In this document: positions 46,101-54,584 of the stretch, piece after piece | Layout of the letters: each line of letters opens with the position of its first letter | How positions within the stretch are numbered: the stretch's first letter is position 1 | Source: Patescibacteria group bacterium | Lineage (GTDB): Bacteria; Patescibacteriota; Patescibacteriia; UBA1558; UBA10009 | Length of the DNA stretch: 64,000 bases | Assembly: GCA_041662565.1 (NCBI GenBank) | Contig: JBAZSE010000003.1 | Coordinates: 108,636-172,635 of the forward strand | Reading direction: 5' to 3' | The notes under the pieces: generated by a model | The model's input: the letters and a program-made list of their open reading frames with translations, nothing else | The model's database searches: none | Told to the model about the DNA's origin: nothing | Position numbers and translations under genes: made by a program

Positions 46101-47944
46101 TGCTTATATTCCGCCTTACCCTGATCTTGCGCCCTACCCAACATTATTTGCTTAAAATTTTCCAGCAAAAAGGCCTGCTGTTCTGGCGTTAACTCGGCAA
46201 AACCTTCCACAGAACTAAGTTGTTCGGGTGAAATATTAAATTTGGCAAAATCATTAACTATGAATTGGGCAATTTCTGGAGATAATTTTTTGGGCTCAGA
46301 CGAATCCTGCGCTTTAATCGGTTTTGAAGATTCTGGTAATTTATCCGGAACAGTGGTTTTTACAATTGACTCCATTTGAAGCCGTTTTTTTAATTCTTCA
46401 AGCAAAACTTTTGGTTTGGCCGTATCAATCAGAGCTTCTTTAATGCCATAAGCCCTAAATACATCTTCGTCAGAAAGATTAATACTTGCCGGAATTACAC
46501 CGGCTTCAAAATTCTTCAGCATTTCCTGTGCTCTTGTTTGAATAGCAGAATCAATAACTTTTTCCTTTGGTTTTATAGGTTTAGTGACGGGAATTTCCTC
46601 AACATCAATGACTTCAGAATCTTTAATTTTTGGTTCAGCAGAAACAACCGGCTCATTAGGGTCAATTTCTTTTACTTCGGCTAATTTTCTGGATGGCCTT
46701 TTGTAAAGCCCGCCCCAATCCAAGGACTCTTCCTTATCCTCATTACCTGTTTCAGCCAGTTCTGGTAATTTTTTGGATGATCTATCTAAACTTGCCCAAT
46801 CCAATGGTTTGCCTTCAATATCAACGGTTTCGGACACTTTTGGTAATGCTTCAATATCTTTAGGTGGTGATTCTGGCACAATAGCATCTTGACCTACATC
46901 AGCTAATGGAGTAATCTCTGGTGCTGTCTTTTTTAAGTTTACTTCGGTTTGTGCGCCAACGGGTTTAACTAATTCTTTTTCACGCCTTTTATATAATGAC
47001 CCCGGCGCGGGCCTGGATCCTTTCCTTAATAGCTTTGTATACATACTTTTTTCTAACCTGTACAAATCCCCTTCGCCAAGTGGCGTAAATATACCCGGCC
47101 TAACTTGCTCAAAACCAGTGTGCACCTCCTCCGTTCCTCCCAACCCGTCTGCAAATTGAACTAATACTGCAAGACCAGCCGAGCTAAACCGTTCGGCCTG
47201 AAAAGGCACTAATACTAAATTACCATTATCTCTTTCAAAGCCCACAAACGATCCGTCCGATCTCTTTACAAACTTATATTTACGATATGACATATTGGTT
47301 AATATGGCCTCCATATTAACCATTTCATAGAAATCAGAATCCAACCCTGCCTCTGCTAGCATTTTTTTTAAAGTTCCCCACTTTTTATCGCCAATTCTAG
47401 ACCATTCGTTAACAACATCAACAAGCGTTTTTTCCTTTTGTTCGTCAAAAGTCAATTCACTTTCTATTGAATTTTCTGGTGTTTTAGGAGCTTCCGGAAC
47501 CTTAACCGAATTAATAGGTTCTTTGATCGTTTGATCGGGATCCTTAAAACGATTTTTAAAATCTCTAAGCAAATCTTCCGCTTTACCATTTTGTATCTCT
47601 TCTTCACCAAATTCATAGGCCTTAAATACCGCAACTCCACGAGGAGTTAATTCTCTTTTTGAATTATTCAAACAAACTAATGGAGAATACGCCATTATTG
47701 ATTCCAAATCATTCTTAATAATACTTTTTGCGTCTGCTTGAATTTTAGGATCAATTTCTGGAGATTTTGGTATTTTGGGCGCTTCAACAACTGGCGTAAC
47801 CACTGGTTTTGACTCATTCCTATTCTTCCAAATGGCTTCTTCATCTTCAGTGAGCGGTAATTCATGTGCAATCTTTTTTATAATACTAAAAGGAGTAGGT
47901 TTTTTGAGCTCCCTATTTCCTTCTGATGATTTATCTATATTCAT
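40169..47944 (-). CDS. Giant (2591 aa) membrane protein with a C-terminal NlpC/P60 peptidoglycan-endopeptidase domain
   Basis: Uninterrupted 7.8-kb ORF with no signal peptide. Hydrophobic segments at ~aa 830 (YFAAGFIARTAAIGAWGVIGAPVVAAVMGGWLG) and ~aa 1090 (MLWGAFYGAAFASAGAVV). The C-terminus reads GKPYSVGKDGFDCMTLV...EPGEYLINMESGG...GHGAILTVTPDKQFIMFHASTAS. This is an NlpC/P60 Cys-His core (compare Spr: GIDCSGFV...GDLVLF...HVGIYIGNNQFVHASTS). Confidence 0.7.
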   Translation of the reverse strand: MNIDKSSEGNRELKKPTPFSIIKKIAHELPLTEDEEAIWKNRNESKPVVTPVVEAPKIPKSPEIDPKIQADAKSIIKNDLESIMAYSPLVCLNNSKRELTPRGVAVFKAYEFGEEEIQNGKAEDLLRDFKNRFKDPDQTIKEPINSVKVPEAPKTPENSIESELTFDEQKEKTLVDVVNEWSRIGDKKWGTLKKMLAEAGLDSDFYEMVNMEAILTNMSYRKYKFVKRSDGSFVGFERDNGNLVLVPFQAERFSSAGLAVLVQFADGLGGTEEVHTGFEQVRPGIFTPLGEGDLYRLEKSMYTKLLRKGSRPAPGSLYKRREKELVKPVGAQTEVNLKKTAPEITPLADVGQDAIVPESPPKDIEALPKVSETVDIEGKPLDWASLDRSSKKLPELAETGNEDKEESLDWGGLYKRPSRKLAEVKEIDPNEPVVSAEPKIKDSEVIDVEEIPVTKPIKPKEKVIDSAIQTRAQEMLKNFEAGVIPASINLSDEDVFRAYGIKEALIDTAKPKVLLEELKKRLQMESIVKTTVPDKLPESSKPIKAQDSSEPKKLSPEIAQFIVNDFAKFNISPEQLSSVEGFAELTPEQQAFLLENFKQIMLGRAQDQGKAEYKQELGQSNLAGKLWKNLFKQYYVAKTETAGAKKVFSADFEQHKKLLADLVKQTAQLEIAQDEKGRLEVGYLSAWEGIDKDGQNVLIGFNKAINELSRLPYEWSLPTATKKQQKQYSEARDNYAVYKRFLVNDESFKRAHADSEALLELVQIENKLRLQQFLNTNPEVEKELGRIGSDKIWRSALISTVQERGGYFAAGFIARTAAIGAWGVIGAPVVAAVMGGWLGRKRAQAGLEEKDVETRRGLAQSTNDKKASELLTKIRSLDSSIYRQGEVTEVGNIKDNLQQQNEIISKIIFLNKKQQSDKLSDNEKIDLAKLKGELTRSLETNKDFTIRDGKVYKYIMPFGVRKELEQERDKLETERAKLLSADKNFVKAEGLTAKLDKLIIEFNEIDDFFSDDDPEIQQKIQKVLDSLRARLEYTKDKLDKGLVNFGEAGERLINQQELIDVLNFGETLAGGFASENEITKRLEKFLSYREGKIYKARDRYVTKKMLWGAFYGAAFASAGAVVRDWLFHQDISADVASINQTVAEGDAAMVDSTASELTDEPLKDLSLPADTSVAHNAVALPDTNQVDLELPSTDTTNLELPSIDQADLELPPDLPAGSRITEVIDSSVVTEKDPIEPSVDAITPTVPLTHKFHMLADLEKIPAFKDHLPADQDYMAGGTVSAKGSVSEALDKAMAPDAKVTVITIGGSEIKDFDANLVHEGDTVIETKSGEIIVYKTSEVKVEAGESLTGRYDQISKEFKLNEIPEEVKNEFNLDKAEGGLHEQLNYNEAKAAREYWDAHEELHGASKAKLDEALSIRTAGGVIVTPEVDPVTPAEHINPPSTETGLIGPWDGLDVKLPNGDTLHLIDADSDNIPDHLEIRDESNLAYQTIEFDEKLSHDKAIELVSQARTTSDNLNQLATHLTGDRLEAAKFYKVYGQGSNTTQLFETKPDFALVDNFVGKLGKENLDLLKLENVYSLAKFDIATKMMDRGWAMGEIKEILEAAKDQQQLRLTSEAFLKVNDASYLSVKEALALTERLSLSYKHELWLGILAMKQHETFSKDEATMFARDLFANNDFSASDIKFFDGTNQITFVGLSFKGSAPHDVLFHTIQNKLFIPDIQKDGFELTDFQIANVGYDLKHMPEELSTIIISPETPLTASSLSSKVSQFMTERGYVLKDGNIIEAGGKQYVIDGTVNNIEFLAEGNNLKITVDNIGDGQPEQVFYLKPDGLDHGDIKGFPLIKEVPSDVKASPELPVQNTVNPPVEKVVDASSIEAQNKLIVEAVQAQANKVGELVNKADELVYQDSNDDGVADMVGVAVKGNKPYYTIALPKEFEQPELAELAGGISRASQNLNRMTEALFKDYHIQAERAQVAEFMPIANSLNYEFGTKINEGLARAFEATSYTKNLSFEKDVVIAGLAQYRDGLSSMSDDQMAKATELLFGESFESEKSWYGKNFDVKEVYFTRGLSSELVFKVKKWVSWERGMILDKNNFNNFVIKLNLKQNNFSILDQNGQEVHIGTLTNQELENIPYYLRGEKPPIQEIIANPANAPVTGSTSVNEAEVAPTSGADPKLAAQAPLQELKPNDVNNEVAGIQISNEGRDFVFTSHNPDLPGSSKVTFRYGNRGSGVIGVEILHQRTGNITGDEILKEGYRSILAGKSDKLIGSITDAREQGKDLMQDIDVYQSLIKGGYKAQAEAVKAEILKELNSLEKKFGHEVFNRAKIESIMAGGPISAILPESYKIANSLMDEVGKPYSVGKDGFDCMTLVRQAAKENKGEYPVLDDYNRFLSVHAGKPEELKFSVFLREQQLKYNNASWQTVKENLEPGEYLINMESGGAATYGPEGHGAILTVTPDKQFIMFHASTASLMPEGGQEPVPLHQLTLEIEGHKYQGRQIVEEFKAAYKNHITDRQSDGSKLYDKWLAQNVKFFDSQGNQVQPKLETDGSLRLGYVTKEIDLDSYFKYNQDFAKNIDVLPLNKETSTLALAA

Positions 47945-47994
47945 ATTATATCAAATTATATCAAATAAAAGCGAATTTACTTTAATCTTATCTT

Positions 47995-50748
47995 CTAAAA
48001 TTTAAATTTAATTCCTAATTCACTAATAGATTTTTCAATCTCTTCAAACATTTGATGCGCTAATTCTACTTTTTGACTAAAAACATTACCAGATTGTTCC
48101 AAATCATCTTGGCCTTTTTTAAATTCTTTACCTAATTCTAAGGCCCGTGCCTGCAAGTAATCCACCAATTCATTCAAATCCTTAAATTTATTAAATAGAT
48201 CCGCGGTTTTCTGTTCTTTAGATAAGCCCTTGGTTTGTTCTAACAGCCAAGAATATTGATCATCCAAAAAATTAAACGGTTTGATTATCGTTTCGTTATA
48301 CCATTTTGTAGGATTAAATTTTTCTTGCTCCAGCCCTTTAGACGTGCTAACAAGAGATTCTTGGTCAGGATTTTCGGTTTGTTGCTTTTTAGCCGCCTCA
48401 ACTAAAAGATCTTTTAAATCGTCTTGTGGGATGGTAGGTTCGCCCTTTCCTTTCGTATTACCAAATTTTTCTTGCAAAGCATCAACATCAACTGAAGTTA
48501 ATGGTGTTTTAGGACCTGTTGATGGTTTAATAATTCTTGGTTCACTGGCTTGTTTCGGATCTTCAGCTTCAACAGACTTGCCATCGGGCTGATGTCTTTG
48601 AATTTCCGGATCTGTTACTGGCACTTGAGCTACTTCTTCCGCTTGGTTATCCAGCATCCTTTCTAGCTCTAAAATTTTATTTTGGGCTGGATGAAACACC
48701 TCCTCTATCATTGAGTCAGTCAAATCATTAAAGATTTTTGAATCAAAAACGCCTTGTTTAAGTTGATCTTGATAATGATCTTCAACATGATTTTTAATTA
48801 CTTGTAAACGTTCTGCTAATCCATCATAAAAACTTTGAATTTCACCTATCTTTTCCGGCGGTAAAGATGAAATTAAAGTTTTAAATTTGACCAATGAATC
48901 AGAGACTATTGGAACTATATTCGTTTTAAAATCTTGAACCATTCCTTCTATATCCTCTTGAACTTCTACTGTTGTTGGTAAAACCTGTTCCACCCCAGGA
49001 ATAGCACTTACTTTTGCATCAGCCACTAATGTTTTCTTTTCAGCTATTGGTTCGCTAACCGTTAAAATTTCGGTCGGTTCTGATAGCGGCTTAACCAACT
49101 CACCCCTTAATTGTTCAGCATGGTCTTTGGTTATTGCATCGCTTTGCAATTCCCTATCGATAGAATCACTAATAAGAGCCGCTGAAACTCTTTTTAATAA
49201 TTTTCGTTTTTCTCCTTCTGATTGTTGACTGATTAATTCATCGTGTAGTAATTCATCCGCCTGCTCTTTAGATATTTTACCTTTTTCAAGGAGTTCATTG
49301 ATTTTATCAGTTACCACCGAAGGTTCAGGTTGGACCAAACTAGCATCATTTGGTTTAATGACTTTTTCTTCAATAACAACCCCCAGCTTTGATGGATCAG
49401 TCACCAATGTTTCATCAATTTGTGAAGCAAGTTGGTCTAATCTGCGGTCAGCATCAGCTTGATCCACCACTTGAGCTGGCTTTAGCGCCGCTTCAGCGGG
49501 TTGAATGTTTGCTTTTGGTCCTATTGCTTGATCTATTTCTTCAAATATTGTCCGAGCCCTTGCGTCATCTTCACTAATATTATTTGGTTCGCTAACCGTT
49601 AAAACTTGGTCTTTATTTTTGTTTTGAGGAATTAATACCGGCTCTAAAACAAGTTCATTAGGTGGTTCTGCTATTGATTCTGGTTGTAAAATTTGACTAT
49701 CAATCTGCACAACCGGCTCAACTGTTTTAAACTTTATAGGCGCTTCAGTTTTTTCCTGTAAATAATTCCGCAAATCCTTTAAGAATGTCTCAAAACCGCT
49801 AAGATATTCTCGATCCAACATCTTTTGATCATACTCCTTCTTGAAAATAGCTGCCGAAAGGTTGTTCTTCATTAAATTAAATTTTTCAATCAGCAATTTT
49901 TCGGTATTATTGTTATCATCATTAATAAGTTGATTAATAAATTCTTGAATTTGGATAATAACTGATTTTAGTTCTGGGCTCTGTTTTGCATCTAAAACTT
50001 CAGGTAAACTTTGTTGCAAATCATCTAGTAAATCCTCAAATCTCGAAATTCTAAATTCAGCTAATGTGTCCGGATCCTCGGTCCAAACTTTTTCAAGTTT
50101 ATTATAACTTTCTTGCAAATACTGAAATTCATGAATCTGTTTTTTCTTGGCAGGATTATCATCATGGACCTGTGGAATCAGTAATTGAATTTGATCAATA
50201 ACTGATTTAAGATGGACGCTTGGTTTTTCAGTTTGAACTTCAGCGCCTTTTTCAACCGGCTTGGATTCTTTAATCTGCTTTAGTATTGCTTTACTCTCTT
50301 CATTATAATATTCTTCAAACTTTTGCATTAAATTACGCAAACAGCCGATAAACGATTGAAAGGTTTCGGGGTTTGAAGGATTTTCTACCAACTCTTTGGC
50401 ACGAATGTATATAGCACCATAATCAATATTAAATTCTGACGAAGGTAAAGCATGACCTATACAATCCTTACCGATTTCAAAATTTTTAAATGCCTCGTTA
50501 ACATCATCGTCATTCTGATTTTTTAAAATCGCGTCAATAATCTCATTAACCTCCTGAGTCATTTCATCATGCCAAAACATTCTTTCTTCAAATTGATAAT
50601 CTTTCCAATCATTTCTTATTTCAAATGATTCTTTTCTATTGAATTCTAATAAGTCGGCAAAATCATTAGGAACAGCCACTTGTTCATTTGTATTGGTTGA
50701 ATTAACCTGATCATTTGGTGGGATTTGATCAATTATTGGTTCGGCCAT
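47995..50748 (-). CDS. Large (917 aa) acidic repeat-containing hypothetical protein, probably co-transcribed with the giant gene
   Basis: No TM or signal peptide. Internal repeats (LKSVIDQIQLLIPQVHDD and LKSVIIQIQEFINQLINDD). 50-nt gap to the giant ORF on the same strand. Confidence 0.5.
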   Translation of the reverse strand: MAEPIIDQIPPNDQVNSTNTNEQVAVPNDFADLLEFNRKESFEIRNDWKDYQFEERMFWHDEMTQEVNEIIDAILKNQNDDDVNEAFKNFEIGKDCIGHALPSSEFNIDYGAIYIRAKELVENPSNPETFQSFIGCLRNLMQKFEEYYNEESKAILKQIKESKPVEKGAEVQTEKPSVHLKSVIDQIQLLIPQVHDDNPAKKKQIHEFQYLQESYNKLEKVWTEDPDTLAEFRISRFEDLLDDLQQSLPEVLDAKQSPELKSVIIQIQEFINQLINDDNNNTEKLLIEKFNLMKNNLSAAIFKKEYDQKMLDREYLSGFETFLKDLRNYLQEKTEAPIKFKTVEPVVQIDSQILQPESIAEPPNELVLEPVLIPQNKNKDQVLTVSEPNNISEDDARARTIFEEIDQAIGPKANIQPAEAALKPAQVVDQADADRRLDQLASQIDETLVTDPSKLGVVIEEKVIKPNDASLVQPEPSVVTDKINELLEKGKISKEQADELLHDELISQQSEGEKRKLLKRVSAALISDSIDRELQSDAITKDHAEQLRGELVKPLSEPTEILTVSEPIAEKKTLVADAKVSAIPGVEQVLPTTVEVQEDIEGMVQDFKTNIVPIVSDSLVKFKTLISSLPPEKIGEIQSFYDGLAERLQVIKNHVEDHYQDQLKQGVFDSKIFNDLTDSMIEEVFHPAQNKILELERMLDNQAEEVAQVPVTDPEIQRHQPDGKSVEAEDPKQASEPRIIKPSTGPKTPLTSVDVDALQEKFGNTKGKGEPTIPQDDLKDLLVEAAKKQQTENPDQESLVSTSKGLEQEKFNPTKWYNETIIKPFNFLDDQYSWLLEQTKGLSKEQKTADLFNKFKDLNELVDYLQARALELGKEFKKGQDDLEQSGNVFSQKVELAHQMFEEIEKSISELGIKFKF

Positions 50749-50889
50749 ATATTTATTTAGCTAATTAACTGCCTTTATTTTACTCCACTTTAAGCAACTT
50801 ATCAAACAAAATTTGATATTTATTTAACAAATAAACGTACCATAATAGTAGAATACTGTCAATATTTGTAAAACCATATCTGTGGATAA

Positions 50890-50916
50890 CAAAAAACGGG
50901 GTTAAAGCCCGTTTTA
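50890..50916 (-). terminator. Intrinsic terminator after dnaJ
   Basis: Minus strand reads aaaacgggc-TTTAAC-cccgtttttt followed by gtt. Confidence 0.55.
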
Positions 50917-50959
50917 TAAATACATCTGTGAAATCCGTGATAATCCGTGTAATCTTATT

Positions 50960-52081
50960 TTATAACCCTTCGCGTTGTAGTTTTTCCAAAAGATCCTTTT
51001 GGCTGGAAGATAAATGCTTTGGCACAACCACCTTAACCTTTACATATAAATTACCTGTGCCATGCTTTTGTAAATGAGGCAGGCCTTTACCTTTGATAAT
51101 AAATTCCTGGCCTGGGCTTGTGCCAGCAGGAATTTTTAATTTAACTTCACCATCAAAGGTCTTAACCATAATTTTATCACCCAACACTGCTTGAGAAAAA
51201 CTTATTGATTCATCAAGATGCAAATCATCGCCGTTTCTGCCAAAACGCGCATCAGGCAAAACTTTCACATTTACAAATAAATCACCGGATCTAGTACCTT
51301 TGGGGCCTGCTTGCCCCTGACCTGACATTTTTAAAGTTTGCCCGGTATTAATACCGGCCGGAATATTTATTTTTAGCGAAACGCGTTCTTTAACAACACC
51401 CTGCCCTTGGCAAGTGCTGCACTTTTTTTCGGGAATTTTGCCTTCGCCTTGGCAATTAGGGCAAACCGTAACTGTTCTAAAAGCCCCAAAAAATGTTTGC
51501 TGATTAGCGGTTACCTGGCCCGATCCGTTACAGGTTTTACAAGTATTTACTTTGGCACCTGGCTCTACTCCGGTTGAAGAACAGTGCAAGCAAGGCGCAT
51601 CTTTATTAATATCAAAAAGCTTTTCTACTCCAAAATAGGCGTTTTCTAAAGTAATTGTTACATTAATTTCCAAATCAGCGCCATGAGTCGGCCTGCCGGA
51701 ACTTCTGGAGGAACGCTGATGAGAACCTCCGCCAAAAAAATCTCCGAAAATATCGCCTAAATCTGAAAAATCAAAATTAGCGTTACTGTATTGCTGGCCA
51801 CCGCCCTGGCGCGCAAAATCGGACCAGTTAAAACCACCCTGACCAGCTCCGCCGCCTCCGCCAAAACCAGAAAAATCGCTGGAACCAAACTGGTCATAGC
51901 GTTGTTTTTTTTCGGCATTGCCTAAAACCTGATAGGCCTCATTGATTTCCTTAAACTTGGCTTCGTTACCGCCGCCTTTATCAGGATGATGTTCGTGGGC
52001 CTTTTTACGAAAGGCCTTTTTAATTTCATCCTGGGTAGCGTTTTTATTTACGCCTAAGGTCTGATAATAATCTTTAGACAT
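50960..52081 (-). CDS. dnaJ: Chaperone DnaJ
   Basis: J domain (YYQTLGVNKNATQDEIKKAFRKKAHEHHPDK). G/F-rich region. Four CxxCxGxG zinc-finger repeats. Confidence 0.9.
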   Translation of the reverse strand: MSKDYYQTLGVNKNATQDEIKKAFRKKAHEHHPDKGGGNEAKFKEINEAYQVLGNAEKKQRYDQFGSSDFSGFGGGGGAGQGGFNWSDFARQGGGQQYSNANFDFSDLGDIFGDFFGGGSHQRSSRSSGRPTHGADLEINVTITLENAYFGVEKLFDINKDAPCLHCSSTGVEPGAKVNTCKTCNGSGQVTANQQTFFGAFRTVTVCPNCQGEGKIPEKKCSTCQGQGVVKERVSLKINIPAGINTGQTLKMSGQGQAGPKGTRSGDLFVNVKVLPDARFGRNGDDLHLDESISFSQAVLGDKIMVKTFDGEVKLKIPAGTSPGQEFIIKGKGLPHLQKHGTGNLYVKVKVVVPKHLSSSQKDLLEKLQREGL

Positions 52082-52099
52082 TTATTATAAGCAACGGAT

Positions 52100-52200
52100 A
52101 AAGATCCGTCTCAATTTTATTAAAGCGAGCTAGGGCAAGAAAAATTTACCCGCTTTCACGAGTAACCGAGTGTCCCGCGGGTAAATTTTTGCTTGACCGA
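52100..52200 (-). promoter_or_regulatory. dnaK-dnaJ intergenic structured region: 14-bp perfect inverted repeat (aaaaatttacccgc...gcgggtaaattttt) and a second hairpin (acggat-AAAG-atccgt) next to a TATAAT 2 nt before the dnaJ ATG
   Basis: Inverted repeats read directly in the 132-nt spacer. A T-rich run follows the long hairpin on the minus strand. Confidence 0.45.
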
Positions 52201-52213
52201 GCTTGCGTCAAAA

Positions 52214-54154
52214 TTATTTCTTAACTTCCTCGTAATCAGCTTCAACCGGACCTTCTTTTTTGGGTTCTTCCGGGCTAGCTTGCTCTGTTGAACCAGCTTC
52301 TGCTTGACCCTCGGTTGCACCGGCTTGACCATTAGCACCGGCTCCGGCTTGTTGATTAGCGGCATACATTGCTTGGCCCATTTTTTGAGCGGATTGATTC
52401 ATATCTTCCAAGGCCTTTTTAATCTCTTCAACATCGGTGCCATCCTTAACTTTCCTTAATGCTTCCATTTTTTCCTCTACTTCTTTCTTAACTTCAGCTG
52501 GAACTTTATCGCCCGATTCTTTTAAGAATTTTTCGGTTTGGAAAATAACCGATTCGGCGTTATTTTTGCTATCCACCATTTCTCTTTTCTTTTTATCTTC
52601 ATCAGCATGCAATTCGGCTTCTTTTTTCATTTTTTCCACCTCATCTTTGGATAAGCCGGAAGAAGCAGTGATAGTAATTGATTGCTCGGTATTGGTGGCT
52701 TTATCCTTGGCTTTAACATTTAATATGCCGTTGGCGTCCAAATCAAAAGTTACTTCCACTTGAGGAATGCCCCGAGGAGCCGGCGGAATGCCTGATAAAA
52801 TAAATCTGCCTAAAGTTTTATTATCTTCGGCCATTTGCCTTTCACCTTGCAACACATGAATTTCTACGCTGGTTTGGCCATCGGAAGCAGTAGAAAAAAT
52901 TTGGCTTTTTCCGGCTGGAATTGTGGTATTTCTTTCAATTAAAGGAGTCATTACTCCACCCATGGTTTCTATGCCTAAAGTTAACGGGGTAACATCCAAC
53001 AGTAACACATCTTTAATATCACCCTGTAATACACCGGCTTGAACAGCAGCGCCTAAAGCCACAACTTCATCCGGGTTAACCGTTACGTTGGGTTTTTTAC
53101 CGAAAAATTCTTCTACCTTTTTTAACACCAAAGGCATTCTGGTCATGCCGCCAACCATAACCACTTCATTAATTTCTTCTTTTTTATAACCGGAATCCTT
53201 AATGGCTTTTTCTACAGCAACAAAGGTTTTATCAACCAAATCCATAACCAATTCTTCCATTTTGGCCCTGGTTAATTTCATCACCAAGTGTTTGGGGCCG
53301 GATGAATCGGTAGTAATAAAGGGCTGGTTGATTTCGGTTTCCGCTGATGTGGAAAGTTCAATCTTGGCTTTTTCGGCCGCTTCTTTAACCCGTTGCATAG
53401 CCATGGGGTCGCCGGCTAAATCCAAACCCTGATCTTTTTTAAATTCGGTAATAATCCAATTGATTAATCTTTGGTCAAAATCATCGCCGCCAAGATGCGT
53501 ATCGCCATTGGTTGATTTAACTTCCACGGTATCGCTAGATACTTCCAAAATAGAAATATCAAAAGTTCCGCCGCCCAAATCATAAACAGCGATTTTTTGG
53601 TCTTTTTTCTTATCAAAACCGTATGCTAAGGCGGCTGCTGTGGGCTCATTAATAATGCGCCTAACCTTAAAACCGGCGATTTCTCCGGCATCTTTGGTTG
53701 CTTGGCGCTGAGAATCGTCAAAATAAGCCGGTACGGTAATTATGGCTTCTTCAATTTTTTCACCCAGCTTTTCTTCGGCATCGGCTTTTAGCTTGGATAA
53801 AATCATAGCCGAAATTTCCTGCGGAGAATAATCCTTATCGCCCATCTTGATTTTAACACCTTCGCCCGATTTAACGATTTTAAAAGGCATGGTTTTTAAA
53901 TCCCTTTGCACTTCTTCATCTTCAAACCTTCGGCCGATAAGACGTTTAATGGAAAACAAAGTATTAGCCGGATTGGTTACAGCTTGCCTTTTGGCAAGCA
54001 TACCCACCAAGCGTTCGCCGGTTTTGGACATGGCAAGCATGGAGGGCGTAGTGCGGTTGCCTTCTTTATTTTCTAAAATCTTGGGCTGTCCGCCTTCCAT
54101 AACCGCCATGGCGGAATTGGTTGTTCCAAGATCAATACCTAATATTTTTGACAT
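52214..54154 (-). CDS. dnaK: Chaperone DnaK (Hsp70)
   Basis: [27 protein letters not shown] and a substrate-binding domain. Acidic C-terminus. 646 aa. Confidence 0.95.
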   Translation of the reverse strand: MSKILGIDLGTTNSAMAVMEGGQPKILENKEGNRTTPSMLAMSKTGERLVGMLAKRQAVTNPANTLFSIKRLIGRRFEDEEVQRDLKTMPFKIVKSGEGVKIKMGDKDYSPQEISAMILSKLKADAEEKLGEKIEEAIITVPAYFDDSQRQATKDAGEIAGFKVRRIINEPTAAALAYGFDKKKDQKIAVYDLGGGTFDISILEVSSDTVEVKSTNGDTHLGGDDFDQRLINWIITEFKKDQGLDLAGDPMAMQRVKEAAEKAKIELSTSAETEINQPFITTDSSGPKHLVMKLTRAKMEELVMDLVDKTFVAVEKAIKDSGYKKEEINEVVMVGGMTRMPLVLKKVEEFFGKKPNVTVNPDEVVALGAAVQAGVLQGDIKDVLLLDVTPLTLGIETMGGVMTPLIERNTTIPAGKSQIFSTASDGQTSVEIHVLQGERQMAEDNKTLGRFILSGIPPAPRGIPQVEVTFDLDANGILNVKAKDKATNTEQSITITASSGLSKDEVEKMKKEAELHADEDKKKREMVDSKNNAESVIFQTEKFLKESGDKVPAEVKKEVEEKMEALRKVKDGTDVEEIKKALEDMNQSAQKMGQAMYAANQQAGAGANGQAGATEGQAEAGSTEQASPEEPKKEGPVEADYEEVKK

Positions 54155-54192
54155 AATTTTTTTGAATTATTAATTTTTCAATTTTAATTATT

Positions 54193-54534
54193 TTAATTAT
54201 TTCTTATTTTTTCCATAAACATACCCGAATCTTCCAGATTAATCATTTCGTGAAAAGCCAACACCTGATCTCCGGCTACCGGTATGGTGGAACCGTAAGA
54301 TAACACTTCGGTGTTGTTTAAATCCGTTAAAATGGCATTGCCCACCAAACCATGGGGCAAAGTTAACACCCGCACGATAATACTGGAAGCGCAAAACCCG
54401 CAGGACATGTAGGCCAAAAATCCTTGATCCGCTTCGGTTAAAATCTCTATTCGCCCGCCCGAATAATCGTGGTTGCACACCGGGCACTTTTGAATAAGTT
54501 TTAAGCTGAATTGTCCTCGCTGGTCTGGGTTCAT
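54193..54534 (-). CDS. Hypothetical Zn-ribbon protein embedded in the heat-shock operon
   Basis: CPVCNH...CGFC four-Cys arrangement. Lies between dnaK and hsp20. Preferred over the overlapping alternative-frame ORF at 54239-54598. Confidence 0.4.
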   Translation of the reverse strand: MNPDQRGQFSLKLIQKCPVCNHDYSGGRIEILTEADQGFLAYMSCGFCASSIIVRVLTLPHGLVGNAILTDLNNTEVLSYGSTIPVAGDQVLAFHEMINLEDSGMFMEKIRNN

Positions 54535-54584
54535 AGAGCTTTAGTTGCCAAGGCAAAATAATCTTGCCTTTATCAGCCGCATTA

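Noticed and set aside
52156-52365. 69-aa ORF overlapping the dnaK 3' end
   Set aside because: Out-of-frame overlap with the highly conserved dnaK C-terminus. Lys/Arg-rich artefact.
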